A stretch of DNA of 64,000 bases from IMG/VR virus record IMGVR_UViG_3300001346_000011, positions 1 through 64,000 of that record. The stretch is one strand, 5' to 3'. Of this stretch, positions 38,501 to 48,238 are shown piece after piece; the stretch's first letter is position 1, and the number at the start of each line of letters is the position of its first letter. The position numbers were made by a program, and so were the translations under genes. The notes beneath the pieces are model-generated. The model was given only the letters and a program-made list of their open reading frames with translations. It made no database searches and was not told the origin of the DNA. The DNA comes from an uncultured virus (IMG/VR IMGVR_UViG_3300001346_000011) (lineage: Duplodnaviria; Heunggongvirae; Uroviricota; Caudoviricetes; Kyanoviridae).

Positions 38501-40872
38501 AAACCAGCACCTTGGTAACCTAAACTTGCACCAGTTGGCACTGTGATGATACCACCTGATGGTGTTACTGTAACAGCATTGTTTTGAATTACATCTGAAA
38601 TAATTGCTTCCATACGTTGAATACCTTGTAAAGAATATTGAACATCACCGTTTGCAACTACTGAAGCCGCCGGTCTGATGTTGGTTGATCTCAATTCATC
38701 TCCAACCACAGCACAATTTGCCGCAACACTCATTGGTAAAATTTCGTTGTATATACCTGTTTTCACATTCAGTGTGATTTGAGGTTGTGATTTTGCAGGA
38801 ATGCCTGTGATAACTCCAGCCGTTATAGCATCTGATGAAAGTGTCATCAATGTTTCTATGTCTGCTACCACTGTTGCTTCTGCAACTTTTGTTAAATCTG
38901 ATACTTGTAATGTTGTTGCTTGATCTGGCGTGTAACCTGTAGAATTTACAACCACTTGTTGAGCAATGTATGCCGCTCTTACAATTGCCGCGGCAGTTTC
39001 TGCTTCTTGTCCTGCAACATAACTAGCACCTAAATCTGTAAAATAAGAAAGTGCCGCTTCTCTTGATTTGACATTTCCGCCTTTTTTCAGATCATTAATT
39101 GTTGCATCAATAATAATTCCTATATCTCTTCTACATTTCACAGCGTCATAAGTGAACGCATTTGTGAATGGTGAAATATTTCCTGTAATTTGATCATTGA
39201 TCCATGCAATTACTTCGTCTTGTATGAATGCTTTGTTTCTGGTTAATAGATTTACACCTTGTGGATTTCTTGGTCCTAAATCAATTTGGTGTAGTGCATA
39301 TCTAATGTTTCTGAATGGTCTGTCCAATGTTACACCTGCGTTAGGCGCCGGTTCATCAGTTCCATTTGGTCCTACATAGTAAACTTGATCTACTTGTCCA
39401 ACAAATCCCCATTCAGGTAAAGTACCTGCAGAGTTTACAACAAGTGCTTGTCCTGAAGCACCAATTGGTAATCTTGCTGGTCCTGAAGCACCGTAAATTA
39501 AAATGTCACCTTCTGATTCTAAAACATCATTTTCTGGACCACCTGATAACAATTGCCAAACAGATGTATCAACACCAACTCCTGGTGCATAATCTGGTTG
39601 GTTGATTGTTGCTGGTCCAACATTGTTTGCTGTGTGTGATGTTATACAAATATAAGATGTGTCTGTGTTTACAGATCCTCTTACAATATCACCTTTGTCG
39701 TAAACATTTGCGTTAGCCCACGTGCCTCTCCAGTATAAACCCTCGTTTAATTTATCCCAGTGTAGTACACTTGGTGGTCTGTTTCCTGTTGTGTCAGCAA
39801 TAGCAATATAAGTTGTACCACCAACTCTAACTACGTCACCTGTTTTGTAAGCAGTTGCGTTGTTGTAGTCACCTTTTAAACTGAAACCTGTAACAAATAT
39901 ATCCCAATCAGCCGTTTCAGTTGATGGAACTTTGTTTAAGTTATTTCTTAATCCAACGTATTGGTAACCTCCGTAAGTAACAATGTCACCTGGTTGGTAC
40001 TGCGTTGAGGAATCCCATGAATCTTCAAATTCTAAACCTGGAATAAAAATGTCCCAGTTGGCTTCGTCAGCCGCCAATGATGCGCCTGCTGTGTGAGCCG
40101 CTGTTGCAATCCATAAGTTAGCACCATATTTTGCAACGTCATTTACTTTGTATCTTGTTGCTGTTACCCAATCGCCTAGATATTCAATACCTTTGTGTAG
40201 GTATTGCCATTTTGCTTGATCGTTTTCTAATCCTAATGCAACTGTCGCCGCTGAAGTGTGTCCAGTGATACAAACGTAAAGTTGTCCACCATATCTTACT
40301 GTGTCATTTGGTTTGTATCTTGTGTTGATAGCCCAAGTGTTTAACCAGTTAAATCCTTTTGCAAACACTTCCCATTTTGCAAGGTCTAATTCTAATCCAT
40401 CAGATAAAGTTGATGCTGATGTGTGTTCAGTTACACAAAGGTATACGGTTGCACCGTATCTTACTAAATCGTTTACTTTGTATCTTGTGCTGATTGCCCA
40501 GTCTGTTTTGTAATCAAAACCTTCAATGAAAAGATCCCATTTTGAAAGATCACCTTCTAGTCCAATGTTAACATCTGCGTTTGAGGCATGACCTGTGTTA
40601 CAAATATAAATGTAACCACCGTATTTTACAACGTCATTTGGTTTGTAAGTTGTGTTGACTCCCCAATCGCCTTTCCATTCTTGACCATCGGACATCAATG
40701 CCCAGTTTGCCGCTGTTAAATCATCTTGGAATTCTGCCGCAGAAGTGTGGTTTACTATACAGATGTAAGTTCTACCACCATATCTTACAACATCATCTAC
40801 AGAATAAAGGGCACTTGTATACCAAGCACCTTTCCAAACAAAACGTATTCTACCTAATTTAAACTCAGCCAT
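35503..40872 (-). CDS. Large modular virion protein (1789 aa)
   Basis: N-terminal Trp/Tyr repeats (W.....Y..nDvV.YGG..YiC...H), beta-helix-like core (VGDELRST, SPYIQNVTTFG, NDFTQV), C-terminus shared with 40908..46058. Confidence 0.88.
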   Translation of the reverse strand: MAEFKLGRIRFVWKGAWYTSALYSVDDVVRYGGRTYICIVNHTSAAEFQDDLTAANWALMSDGQEWKGDWGVNTTYKPNDVVKYGGYIYICNTGHASNADVNIGLEGDLSKWDLFIEGFDYKTDWAISTRYKVNDLVRYGATVYLCVTEHTSASTLSDGLELDLAKWEVFAKGFNWLNTWAINTRYKPNDTVRYGGQLYVCITGHTSAATVALGLENDQAKWQYLHKGIEYLGDWVTATRYKVNDVAKYGANLWIATAAHTAGASLAADEANWDIFIPGLEFEDSWDSSTQYQPGDIVTYGGYQYVGLRNNLNKVPSTETADWDIFVTGFSLKGDYNNATAYKTGDVVRVGGTTYIAIADTTGNRPPSVLHWDKLNEGLYWRGTWANANVYDKGDIVRGSVNTDTSYICITSHTANNVGPATINQPDYAPGVGVDTSVWQLLSGGPENDVLESEGDILIYGASGPARLPIGASGQALVVNSAGTLPEWGFVGQVDQVYYVGPNGTDEPAPNAGVTLDRPFRNIRYALHQIDLGPRNPQGVNLLTRNKAFIQDEVIAWINDQITGNISPFTNAFTYDAVKCRRDIGIIIDATINDLKKGGNVKSREAALSYFTDLGASYVAGQEAETAAAIVRAAYIAQQVVVNSTGYTPDQATTLQVSDLTKVAEATVVADIETLMTLSSDAITAGVITGIPAKSQPQITLNVKTGIYNEILPMSVAANCAVVGDELRSTNIRPAASVVANGDVQYSLQGIQRMEAIISDVIQNNAVTVTPSGGIITVPTGASLGYQGAGLIEGTGTVNTTASGSGTGATFTLTTNAFGFVTGLTVLTPGQNYVVGETITIPSTETINNPGTGDTAIGETITFQVLTVTTGNTVTQNLAVPAGSSAAGTAAAAIADNIEKYIDFKINDNGTEPALTGSNTAEVSAGYTDARLRLLANRDFIAKECAEFVKRANPGYSFGQNDCEDDIKDYVDGIIYDLQYTGNYMSLKGAKWYVNAVEGSTLSXMFYMRNATGLRNCTXQGLSGALGAANSYGTKRPTAGAFVSLDPGYGTADESVWIGALNGAGGRSPYIQNVTTFGTGAVGQKIDGDLHAGGNDSMVSNDFTQVISDGIGAWITNLGRAELVSVFSYYGHIGYLAETGGKIRATNGNSSYGDFGCVAEGVDPTEIPVTGLVNNRSTDATIDSVFTDGEQILALEFGNAGREYSNATITITGDGFGLNTVTATYNTGGVYRIRLTETPASDPSDLGGDGYVTTTNSGQTGTTTQITLAAADSAASAVYVGMALFVTEGKGAGQYGYIDTYTSSSKVATIKKFSDDSAGWDTLGGKAVEATLDSTTIYEITPRVVIGAPDNDGSTTPRQAVARAVVTGDVISSVKILDCGASYTSAPTVTFVDPNNSVDAPVQAYIGDGVLGQPTYVARGSDYVTASATVTEQGVQATVNAITQASPAVITTTAAHNFNTNDKVKFSGIIGMTDLNSGVFYYVKVLTTDTFEIYADYDLTVAIDSTAYTAYTSGGTAETFGGFRDDYQTGKYIAVENLTSIPRAGSNIEFGHLPGQYFKLVVVNQQLGTKTPFTGLLQVSPDIKSYEAPEHGETVEMRIRYSQVRLTGHDFLDIGTGNITSTNYPGLPAKNPIPANEVVEGGGGRVFFTSTDQDGNFRVGDLFSVEQATGIASLNADAFNISGLQELQLGDLALGGTSASINEFSTDGTMAANSDAIVPTQRAIRTYIASQIGGGASSLNVNLITAGLVVITGNTISTSNNVGINFQSVTNFKKGVTGVPIAMNYLIHS
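36022..36072. repeat. 51-bp exact repeat, second copy at 41526-41576
   Basis: acctgtaccaatatctaagaagtcatgtcctgttaatctaacttgtgaata in both paralogues. Confidence 0.9.
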
Positions 40873-40907
40873 GGGTTAATATATCCTCTTATTAAAGTTA
40901 TTTATCA

Positions 40908-43900
40908 TTATTCGCCATATCCATTAGAACTATCAATAGCACTGATTGGATCTCCTTCATTTAGTTCCGTACTTGCTGTTCCACCAGTGAAAAAATTCAA
41001 TGCCATCAAGTAACCGTCAATTCCACCATTTAATTTCGCAACTCTATCAATAACAATTTGTCCTGTTTCCGGAAATGCTTCATTAAATATCTCTTTATTT
41101 CTTACCTTAATTTGACCTGCTCTAAAACCTGAAACATTCAAGTTAGCACCACCACCTGACACTCTTGAACCAATATAAGTTACAATCGCTTTTTGTGTTG
41201 GTACAACATTGTCTGAATTTGCTGACATTGTAGGATCAGTTGAAAATTCTCTAATAACAACTTCTGTTCCACCTAGTACAACACCACCTAGTGCTAATTC
41301 TGATAGTCCTTGAAGATTGAATAAGTCTGCGTTAAGTGTTACAATACCAGTTGCCTGTTCTACTTCAAACAATTCACCAACACGGAAGTTACCATCTTGG
41401 TCAGTTGATGTATAGAACACTCTACCACCGCCGTTGTTGGCAGTTTCTCTGTTTGGTTGAGATTCGTATCCTTCTGTAAATCCTGCATTAGTATAAAGTT
41501 CTGGATAGTTTGTGGTTGTCACGCCACCTGTACCAATATCTAAGAAGTCATGTCCTGTTAATCTAACTTGTGAATACTGTTGTCTAATTGTTACTGATGT
41601 GTCATGATCCGGAGATTCATTTTCTTTTAGACTTGGTGAAATTCTAAATTGTGCTGTTAGATTTGGAGCAACTCCTGTAACTTTTGTAATTTGTGTCACT
41701 CTGTAAATTTGATCAGCAATTCCATTGATGTACAACAAGTCACCTGGTCCAGGTTCTCTTGATAATTCTTTCATTTGCATAACTTTTCCAATTTGGTATT
41801 CGTCTGCAAAACCGTCTCCATCCACTGTGGCACTTACATTAATAAATCCTGTACCTCTGTTTGTGAATGTTGGTTGACTCAATACACCGCTGGCAATTCT
41901 TGCTTCAACAGCCACATCTAAAACATTTACATTGTCTTGAATTGTCACTGTCGGTGACGTTGAGTATCCTGATCCTGTGTCTAACAGTTGTATTCTAGAA
42001 ACTTTACCTGCATTTGTGATAACTCTTGCCAAAGGTGGAGCACCTTTTTTAAGTATTGTTAAATCTGTCATTGTTCCTTGTTTTAACGGAACAAAATATC
42101 CACCAGTTTGTCTTCCACCCACAATGCCTGTGTAAGTTCCTGACAGTGTTGTCAACTGTTTCCAACTCACTGCATCATATGAATAAGCAACCTCACCATT
42201 GGATGTGATTGCTATAAAAGTTCCTTGAGAACTTGTAACTTTTAAATATGGTCCTGTGTGTGGAGGAGTTTCAGATTCTGTCCAAACTGTGACAGCACTT
42301 GTCGAACTCTGTGCCGCGTTAGCATTTGATACAAAGAATTTATTTCCTGATGTTGAATCATCAAACGGTGAATCTTGTACTGATGCTATAAATTTGTCTC
42401 CAGTGAATGTTAGATGTTGCATTAAAAATTTATCGCCACCTACATCAGCCGCTAATTCAAAAGTTGAACCGCCGTCTACTGATTCCCAAGTTTGTCCAAA
42501 GTCGTTTGCAATTATAATTAAACCATTACCTGCCGCAATGTGTGTAAACACTGGCGTTGATCCATCGTATGGTTCTACTTGACTAGAAGTCCATGATTGA
42601 CCTTCATCGCCCGATATGTACACAACACCTGTTTCTGAAACTACAACCCATTGTGCAGATACATTTTCCCATGCACAACCTCTGAATATGTCTGCTCCAA
42701 TGTTGCCTGAAAGATCACTCCAATTGGCACCGTCTTGTGATCTTGCAAGAGCACCTGTGGCAGAAGTTGCCATAAAGTTATTAGCACCACCCACTAAACT
42801 GTTCCAGTTTTGTGTTGGCACACCATTTCCTACTGTCCAAGAACTAGAATCAACTGATCTTAATCCTCTTCCATTACCTAACAATGCAGTTACATTTGTG
42901 CTTCCTACTCTTCTTGAAGCGCCTATTAAATATTCTCCACTTAATGAAATAGATGCTGTAGAATTACTGTATGGTGGTTCACTGAATGATATTCTTGGTT
43001 CAATAAAATATTTTGTTGACGGATCTAATTCTTCTTCAATTTTAAATCCACCTAAAAAGTGTTGGAAACCGGGTGTGTTATCAAATTCTTTTTTGACTGT
43101 ACAAGTTTTTGTTACTTCATCGAATGCATCAATGATTCCGTATTGTCCTCTTCCTGTACCTTCCCAAATATAAATTCTTTGTCCAACTGTTTGTGCTGAT
43201 GTTCCTTGAAACTGTTGGTTCAATTGAATTGTTGTTGCAGTACCTGTGATTGCAGGTCCTGATTTACTTGTATATGCAGATCCCCCTGCTGGTGTTGAAT
43301 CACCTGGACCTAAAATTCTTACTTTGTTTACAGCACCATCTCTTGTGTTTTCATAATTAATTGTTGCCGACGCACCTTCTCCTGAACCTGCTATGGCAAT
43401 TGTAGCAGAAGTATAATCTTGTCCTGCATGGTCATAAGCAAAAGCAAATATTTCATTTTCATCGTTGTAAACTGCATCTACTTGAGCTTCTTGTGTTCTG
43501 TTATTAAATTTTCCTGTGATAGCCGTTTCCGTAGGAGTAACTCCTTCTGCAACTGATCCCCAATCTCCATAAGAGTTGTTTCCATTTGTTGCTCTTGCTT
43601 TACCACCGTCAGTAGCAAGATATCCTATGTGACAGTAGTAAGTGAACACAGATACAAGTTCTGCTTTACCTTCACCGTTAACCCAGAAACCAATACCGTT
43701 ATCAATAACCTGTGTAAAGTCATTGGCAACAATTGATTTATTACCACCATTGTGTAAATCTCCGTCAACTTTTAAACCTACACAACCTGTTCCAAACGTT
43801 GATACGTTTTGTACATAACAAGAACGTGTTGTGATCCAAGCCGCGGCATCTGACGCACCTGACCCAGGGTTTAGTGAAACAAACGCTCCACCTGATGGTC

Positions 43901-46058
43901 TTTTTGTTCCGTATTGATTGATTGCTCCTAATGTTCCTGTTAATCCGCTCAATGACATGTTTCTAATGCCTGAACCGTTGTTAACATAAAACATATTTGA
44001 TGTTTCGTAACCCGCCGCTGGTTTTACTTCTGTGCTTCTCAGTTCATCTCCAACTAATGCTGTGTCTCTTGGCACAGTGATGGGTAAAATTTCTTGATAT
44101 AATCCTGTTTTTATAAAAATTGTTGCAGGTGATCTAGTGGCTAAGTCGCCATTGATGTAATCACATGCAAATTTAATTGTTTTGAAAGGAGCCGCCAATT
44201 GACCTCCTTGTGTTTCAAGGTCTTTACCTTCTGGCGATACATAATAAACTTTTGGAGTTACGTCAAAGTCTTCCCAGAAAGGAATGTCATTTGATCCAAC
44301 TTTTAATAATTGTCCTGATTCACCTACACCAATTCTTAATCTTGTTGAATCATCGTTTTGAGTTTTGATATCTCCAGGATATTCCAACACGTTTGGTGTG
44401 TGTCCTGTTGCTAACAGTTGCCAGTAAGGTCCAACATTTTCAGATTCAAAATCCAGTGGCGGTTTTGCATCTGATGAATTTGCTTCATGTTTTAAAATAC
44501 ATTTGTAGAGTGTGCCTGCCACTGTGACAACATCACCCGGGAAGTACGTTGATTCGCCTGTGAGACCATTTAAATCTTGTTCTTTCCAAGGTCCTTTGAA
44601 TGCATTACCTGTTACCAATAATTGCCAAGGCCATGGATCATCAGATCCTGGATCATATGCACTTCTTGTTGAAGGATCTACACTTTCATTGTCTCGTGTT
44701 GCAATATATAAATCACCACCAGCTCTTACCACATCACCAGTTTTGTATGGAAATGGTTCTGCTTGATCGTTAACAATGTAAGTTGCTACCCACTCACCTT
44801 TGAATGTGTAACCAGCCACTTGTAATTCCCAAGTTGCAGTGGCATCTGTAACAGCAGGTTCAACACCAATGTTACTTTGTAACGCAACATATGTGTAACC
44901 TCCATACAGTACAACATCACCTTGTTGATAGTATTGAGAAATTGTCCATTCGTCTTCAAATTCGTAACCTGGTATCCATAGATTGAAATTGCTTTCAACC
45001 ATGTTGACATCAGTAGCCCAATGACCTGTGGTCACTTGCCACATACCTGGAGACCATCTTACAAGTTCTCCTACTGCATATCTTTCTCCATGAGCATAAT
45101 CGCCTCTATATTTAATTCCTGTGAAAACAGTTTCCCATTGGGCACTGTTTGCCTCTAGTCCATCAGCGGCATCATTGGCAACACCATTTACTCCGACTGT
45201 GGTTATAGCACCATTGTCGACTGTGTTGATTGTGATTGTGATATCATTGGCCGGTGTTGCTCCGCCCACTGCTGATCCTAAAATTGTAAAAGTTTCTGAA
45301 GCAAGATAAGTTGAACCACCGTTTGTAATTTTGATATTGTAAGTTGCTCCAACTTTAAAAATAAAAAATTGAAATCCTGTTCCTTCTGCACCGCCGTATG
45401 TGGCAGTAGGATTTACAAATTTATTAGAAGCGGCTGATCTGTGTCCTGTTAGACATCTAAACACTGTACCACCATAATACACAATATCATCTGGATAGTA
45501 TAATGTGTTGGAAGTCCAATCACTTCTAAAATTGTCTGATCTAGAATATTGATCCCAGTAGTCTGCATTGAATTGTAAACCGTCATCAGCAGTTCCTGAA
45601 GTGTGTGCTGTGTTACATTTCCAAATTGATCCACCGTAAATTACTGTTTGGTCAACGTTGTAAAGTGTAGCAGGTGTCCAAACACTTTGCCAATCTTCTC
45701 CACGAGCAAAGTACACCCATTTTAATTCATCTCCTAGTACACCATTTGATGCAGATGAATTTGAAATATGTCCTTCAATACATTTGTAAATTAAACCACC
45801 AACTTTAACCAGTTCGCCAATTTTATAAAATGTTGAAGGTGTCCATTCGCCAGTCCAACTTTGACCGTCCATCATTTGAGACCATCTTGGAGTTGCGTTG
45901 TTTAAGTCGTTGTAAAAGTTTGTGTCTGATGTGTGTACTTCAACACATACAAATACTTTTGCACCGTATCTTAATACATCATCTTTTACATAAAGAGTGT
46001 TGGCTGACCAATCACCTCTCCATCTAAATCTAATTCTATCTATTCGAAAATCTGCCAT
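40908..46058 (-). CDS. Large modular virion protein (1716 aa) with Asp-box propeller-like insert
   Basis: Paralogue of 35503..40872; Asp-box-like SQDGANW, SGDEGQSW, SVDGGSTF, SYDAVSW. Confidence 0.88.
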   Translation of the reverse strand: MADFRIDRIRFRWRGDWSANTLYVKDDVLRYGAKVFVCVEVHTSDTNFYNDLNNATPRWSQMMDGQSWTGEWTPSTFYKIGELVKVGGLIYKCIEGHISNSSASNGVLGDELKWVYFARGEDWQSVWTPATLYNVDQTVIYGGSIWKCNTAHTSGTADDGLQFNADYWDQYSRSDNFRSDWTSNTLYYPDDIVYYGGTVFRCLTGHRSAASNKFVNPTATYGGAEGTGFQFFIFKVGATYNIKITNGGSTYLASETFTILGSAVGGATPANDITITINTVDNGAITTVGVNGVANDAADGLEANSAQWETVFTGIKYRGDYAHGERYAVGELVRWSPGMWQVTTGHWATDVNMVESNFNLWIPGYEFEDEWTISQYYQQGDVVLYGGYTYVALQSNIGVEPAVTDATATWELQVAGYTFKGEWVATYIVNDQAEPFPYKTGDVVRAGGDLYIATRDNESVDPSTRSAYDPGSDDPWPWQLLVTGNAFKGPWKEQDLNGLTGESTYFPGDVVTVAGTLYKCILKHEANSSDAKPPLDFESENVGPYWQLLATGHTPNVLEYPGDIKTQNDDSTRLRIGVGESGQLLKVGSNDIPFWEDFDVTPKVYYVSPEGKDLETQGGQLAAPFKTIKFACDYINGDLATRSPATIFIKTGLYQEILPITVPRDTALVGDELRSTEVKPAAGYETSNMFYVNNGSGIRNMSLSGLTGTLGAINQYGTKRPSGGAFVSLNPGSGASDAAAWITTRSCYVQNVSTFGTGCVGLKVDGDLHNGGNKSIVANDFTQVIDNGIGFWVNGEGKAELVSVFTYYCHIGYLATDGGKARATNGNNSYGDWGSVAEGVTPTETAITGKFNNRTQEAQVDAVYNDENEIFAFAYDHAGQDYTSATIAIAGSGEGASATINYENTRDGAVNKVRILGPGDSTPAGGSAYTSKSGPAITGTATTIQLNQQFQGTSAQTVGQRIYIWEGTGRGQYGIIDAFDEVTKTCTVKKEFDNTPGFQHFLGGFKIEEELDPSTKYFIEPRISFSEPPYSNSTASISLSGEYLIGASRRVGSTNVTALLGNGRGLRSVDSSSWTVGNGVPTQNWNSLVGGANNFMATSATGALARSQDGANWSDLSGNIGADIFRGCAWENVSAQWVVVSETGVVYISGDEGQSWTSSQVEPYDGSTPVFTHIAAGNGLIIIANDFGQTWESVDGGSTFELAADVGGDKFLMQHLTFTGDKFIASVQDSPFDDSTSGNKFFVSNANAAQSSTSAVTVWTESETPPHTGPYLKVTSSQGTFIAITSNGEVAYSYDAVSWKQLTTLSGTYTGIVGGRQTGGYFVPLKQGTMTDLTILKKGAPPLARVITNAGKVSRIQLLDTGSGYSTSPTVTIQDNVNVLDVAVEARIASGVLSQPTFTNRGTGFINVSATVDGDGFADEYQIGKVMQMKELSREPGPGDLLYINGIADQIYRVTQITKVTGVAPNLTAQFRISPSLKENESPDHDTSVTIRQQYSQVRLTGHDFLDIGTGGVTTTNYPELYTNAGFTEGYESQPNRETANNGGGRVFYTSTDQDGNFRVGELFEVEQATGIVTLNADLFNLQGLSELALGGVVLGGTEVVIREFSTDPTMSANSDNVVPTQKAIVTYIGSRVSGGGANLNVSGFRAGQIKVRNKEIFNEAFPETGQIVIDRVAKLNGGIDGYLMALNFFTGGTASTELNEGDPISAIDSSNGYGE

Positions 46059-46086
46059 TGATTAATTCCTATATGTATTTATTTCC

Positions 46087-46461
46087 TTATGTACTATAAG
46101 GTTCCACATATCCTGGATATGTGTGAGCCTCGTTAACTTTTAATACTAATTCGCCTTCACTATTCACGTAATAAAACAGGTTTCTACCATCCCATTTGTA
46201 CTGTTCGTACACTAAATTTGGAAAGTTTTTTCTGTGTTGCTGATCCCTACCTTCAAAAAAGTCTTCTCCTCTACTCCAATTATTGTAGTTTTCATCAATA
46301 TTGCCTGGTCTATTCAATTGTACTCCATCTTCTAGTCTTAATAAATCTGATTTCACCATGTATAATTCGCCAGCATCTGTTCTACGCAAACCATAGAAAT
46401 ATCTATTGTTCGCCAGTGTCTTTTGTAATTCGTCTATGCCTACGCCAAATACTTGTGCCAT
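46087..46461 (-). CDS. Hypothetical virion protein (124 aa), paralogue of 47776..48237
   Basis: Shared RYFYGLRRTD.G.L, PGNID.N, DFFEGRD, NL.YEQ..WD, YY.NSEGELV. Confidence 0.8.
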   Translation of the reverse strand: MAQVFGVGIDELQKTLANNRYFYGLRRTDAGELYMVKSDLLRLEDGVQLNRPGNIDENYNNWSRGEDFFEGRDQQHRKNFPNLVYEQYKWDGRNLFYYVNSEGELVLKVNEAHTYPGYVEPYST

Positions 46462-46467
46462 TATCTA

Positions 46468-47757
46468 TTAACTCACTATGTTGATTGTGTTACCCATTGC
46501 TGAGTGAATTGTACATTGGTAATACAGTGAACTTGGAGCATCCATAGGAACTTCTAAAACCTGTGTTCCTGTTTTGCTTCCACTTACACCTGATGTGTAT
46601 TCTGCACCACCGTTTGATACTCTAAATTCGAATGGGTGACTAGCACCTGTCGAATTTACAAAAACATAAGTGTGTCCTCTCATCAAGTATAAAACAGGAT
46701 CATTGGTTGAAGCCGAAAATCCTGGACCTGTAAAAGTGTAATTAGATGAACCTGCGGCTCCAACATTCCATCTCATTGTTGGACCGTTTTGTTTCACCCA
46801 GTTTGTTCCGTTGTAGTACAATACATCACCTTGTTCTGGTGTTGATATTGTTACATCAGTTAAATCATTAAGAGTACTTGCTCCACCGCCTGCATCTGCA
46901 ACAAATTCTAATGCTGTTCCACCTGCGTTTACTTTAACTGTTCTTCCTGCCGAACCTGAAAAAGTTGAAGGAGTATCTGTCAATGTTAATATTGAAGTTG
47001 GAACAGTTGGTTTGTTGTTCAAGTTGTTGTAGTTCAAATAATATGTGCTGTCTAATCCATCAAGAGTGTCAGCATCTGTACCACCGCCACCTGTTGTTGC
47101 ATCATCACCAGGTACCCATGCTGTACCATTCCATTTTAGAACTTGTCCTGAAGTAGGCGAAGTTGTTGTTGTGTCAACATCTGAAAGTTTATCAATTGAA
47201 AACGCCGCAACAATTTCTAACGCATCTGCAGTGCCGTTTACTTGTAAGAAACCTCCTGCTAGTCCTGAGAAAGTTGCTGGAGTGTCAGTCAATCCAGTGA
47301 ATGCAGTTGCACCACCGCCACCACCACCGCCACCTGCGGCAACATCACCTGGTTTCCAAGTTTGTGAACCTGCATCATAAATCAATGCTTGTCCGTTGGT
47401 TGCTGTTGCTGTCAGATCAACATCTGAAAACATTCCGATAGATTTATTCGCATCTGCAATTTTTACCCAAGCACCTGCGTGAGCATAGTAGGAAGCATTC
47501 TCACCGTGTACGTGAGCAAACATACCATGATACGTTGCCGCACTTGGTAAATCTGCTAGAGTTGAATATAAAAAAGTAATTTTGTTTGCACCAGTGGCAG
47601 TAATCAAATTGTTATTGACTATTGTCAATGCTGTTCCGTTTCCAAGAGCTGTGTACAATTCTTGAAAATTGTTGTTCATTTTTCCACCAGCGTCCCTTAA
47701 CGAGTCTCCTTGACCGTCATTTGGAATAATACCAGTGTTTATAAGTTGTCGTGTCAT
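46468..47757 (-). CDS. Baseplate/fibre protein with C-terminal cupredoxin-like domain (429 aa)
   Basis: N-terminal NDGQGDSLRDAGGKMNNNFQELY (T4 gp9/gp10-like); LTDTP/LSDV repeats; C-terminal HPF...YYQCTIHSAM. Confidence 0.8.
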   Translation of the reverse strand: MTRQLINTGIIPNDGQGDSLRDAGGKMNNNFQELYTALGNGTALTIVNNNLITATGANKITFLYSTLADLPSAATYHGMFAHVHGENASYYAHAGAWVKIADANKSIGMFSDVDLTATATNGQALIYDAGSQTWKPGDVAAGGGGGGGGATAFTGLTDTPATFSGLAGGFLQVNGTADALEIVAAFSIDKLSDVDTTTTSPTSGQVLKWNGTAWVPGDDATTGGGGTDADTLDGLDSTYYLNYNNLNNKPTVPTSILTLTDTPSTFSGSAGRTVKVNAGGTALEFVADAGGGASTLNDLTDVTISTPEQGDVLYYNGTNWVKQNGPTMRWNVGAAGSSNYTFTGPGFSASTNDPVLYLMRGHTYVFVNSTGASHPFEFRVSNGGAEYTSGVSGSKTGTQVLEVPMDAPSSLYYQCTIHSAMGNTINIVS

Positions 47758-47775
47758 TCGTTTTTTCCTCCTACT

Positions 47776-48237
47776 TTATCCTCTATCGAATGTTATTTCA
47801 TTACTGTCCATTAAGTAATTTGTTCTATCCAAAGTGAATACTGTTTGTTCTACAATCACAGTTTCGTCTGTTTGTGGATATGTAATTGCTCCATCACCTA
47901 CGTTACTGTTAATTCTTACAACCAATTCTCCTTCGGAATTAATATAATAATTTAAATTTACATCGTCCCATCTAAATTGTTCGTATCTTAAATTTTTAAA
48001 TGGTTTAGCATGATTTAAATCTCTACCTTCAAAGAAATCATAACCTTGATCAAATTCTTTAAAGTTGTCGTCAATGTTTCCTGGATTGTTTATTGATACA
48101 GGATCGTTGGCAGATAATTGGTCAACCTTACCGATGAATAAAGTTCCTTCGTCGGTTCTTCGTAATCCATAAAAGTATCTGTCTTTGATACCATTTTGAA
48201 GATATACGGAAGTATCCTGACCAACTGTGTTTGACAT
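47776..48237 (-). CDS. Hypothetical virion protein (153 aa)
   Basis: Paralogue of 46087..46461. Confidence 0.8.
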   Translation of the reverse strand: MSNTVGQDTSVYLQNGIKDRYFYGLRRTDEGTLFIGKVDQLSANDPVSINNPGNIDDNFKEFDQGYDFFEGRDLNHAKPFKNLRYEQFRWDDVNLNYYINSEGELVVRINSNVGDGAITYPQTDETVIVEQTVFTLDRTNYLMDSNEITFDRG

Positions 48238-48238
48238 C

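Noticed and set aside
33403..41576. Exact repeats as diversity-generating retroelement template/variable regions
   Set aside because: The copies are identical rather than differing at adenines, both lie inside coding paralogues, and no reverse transcriptase is in the window.
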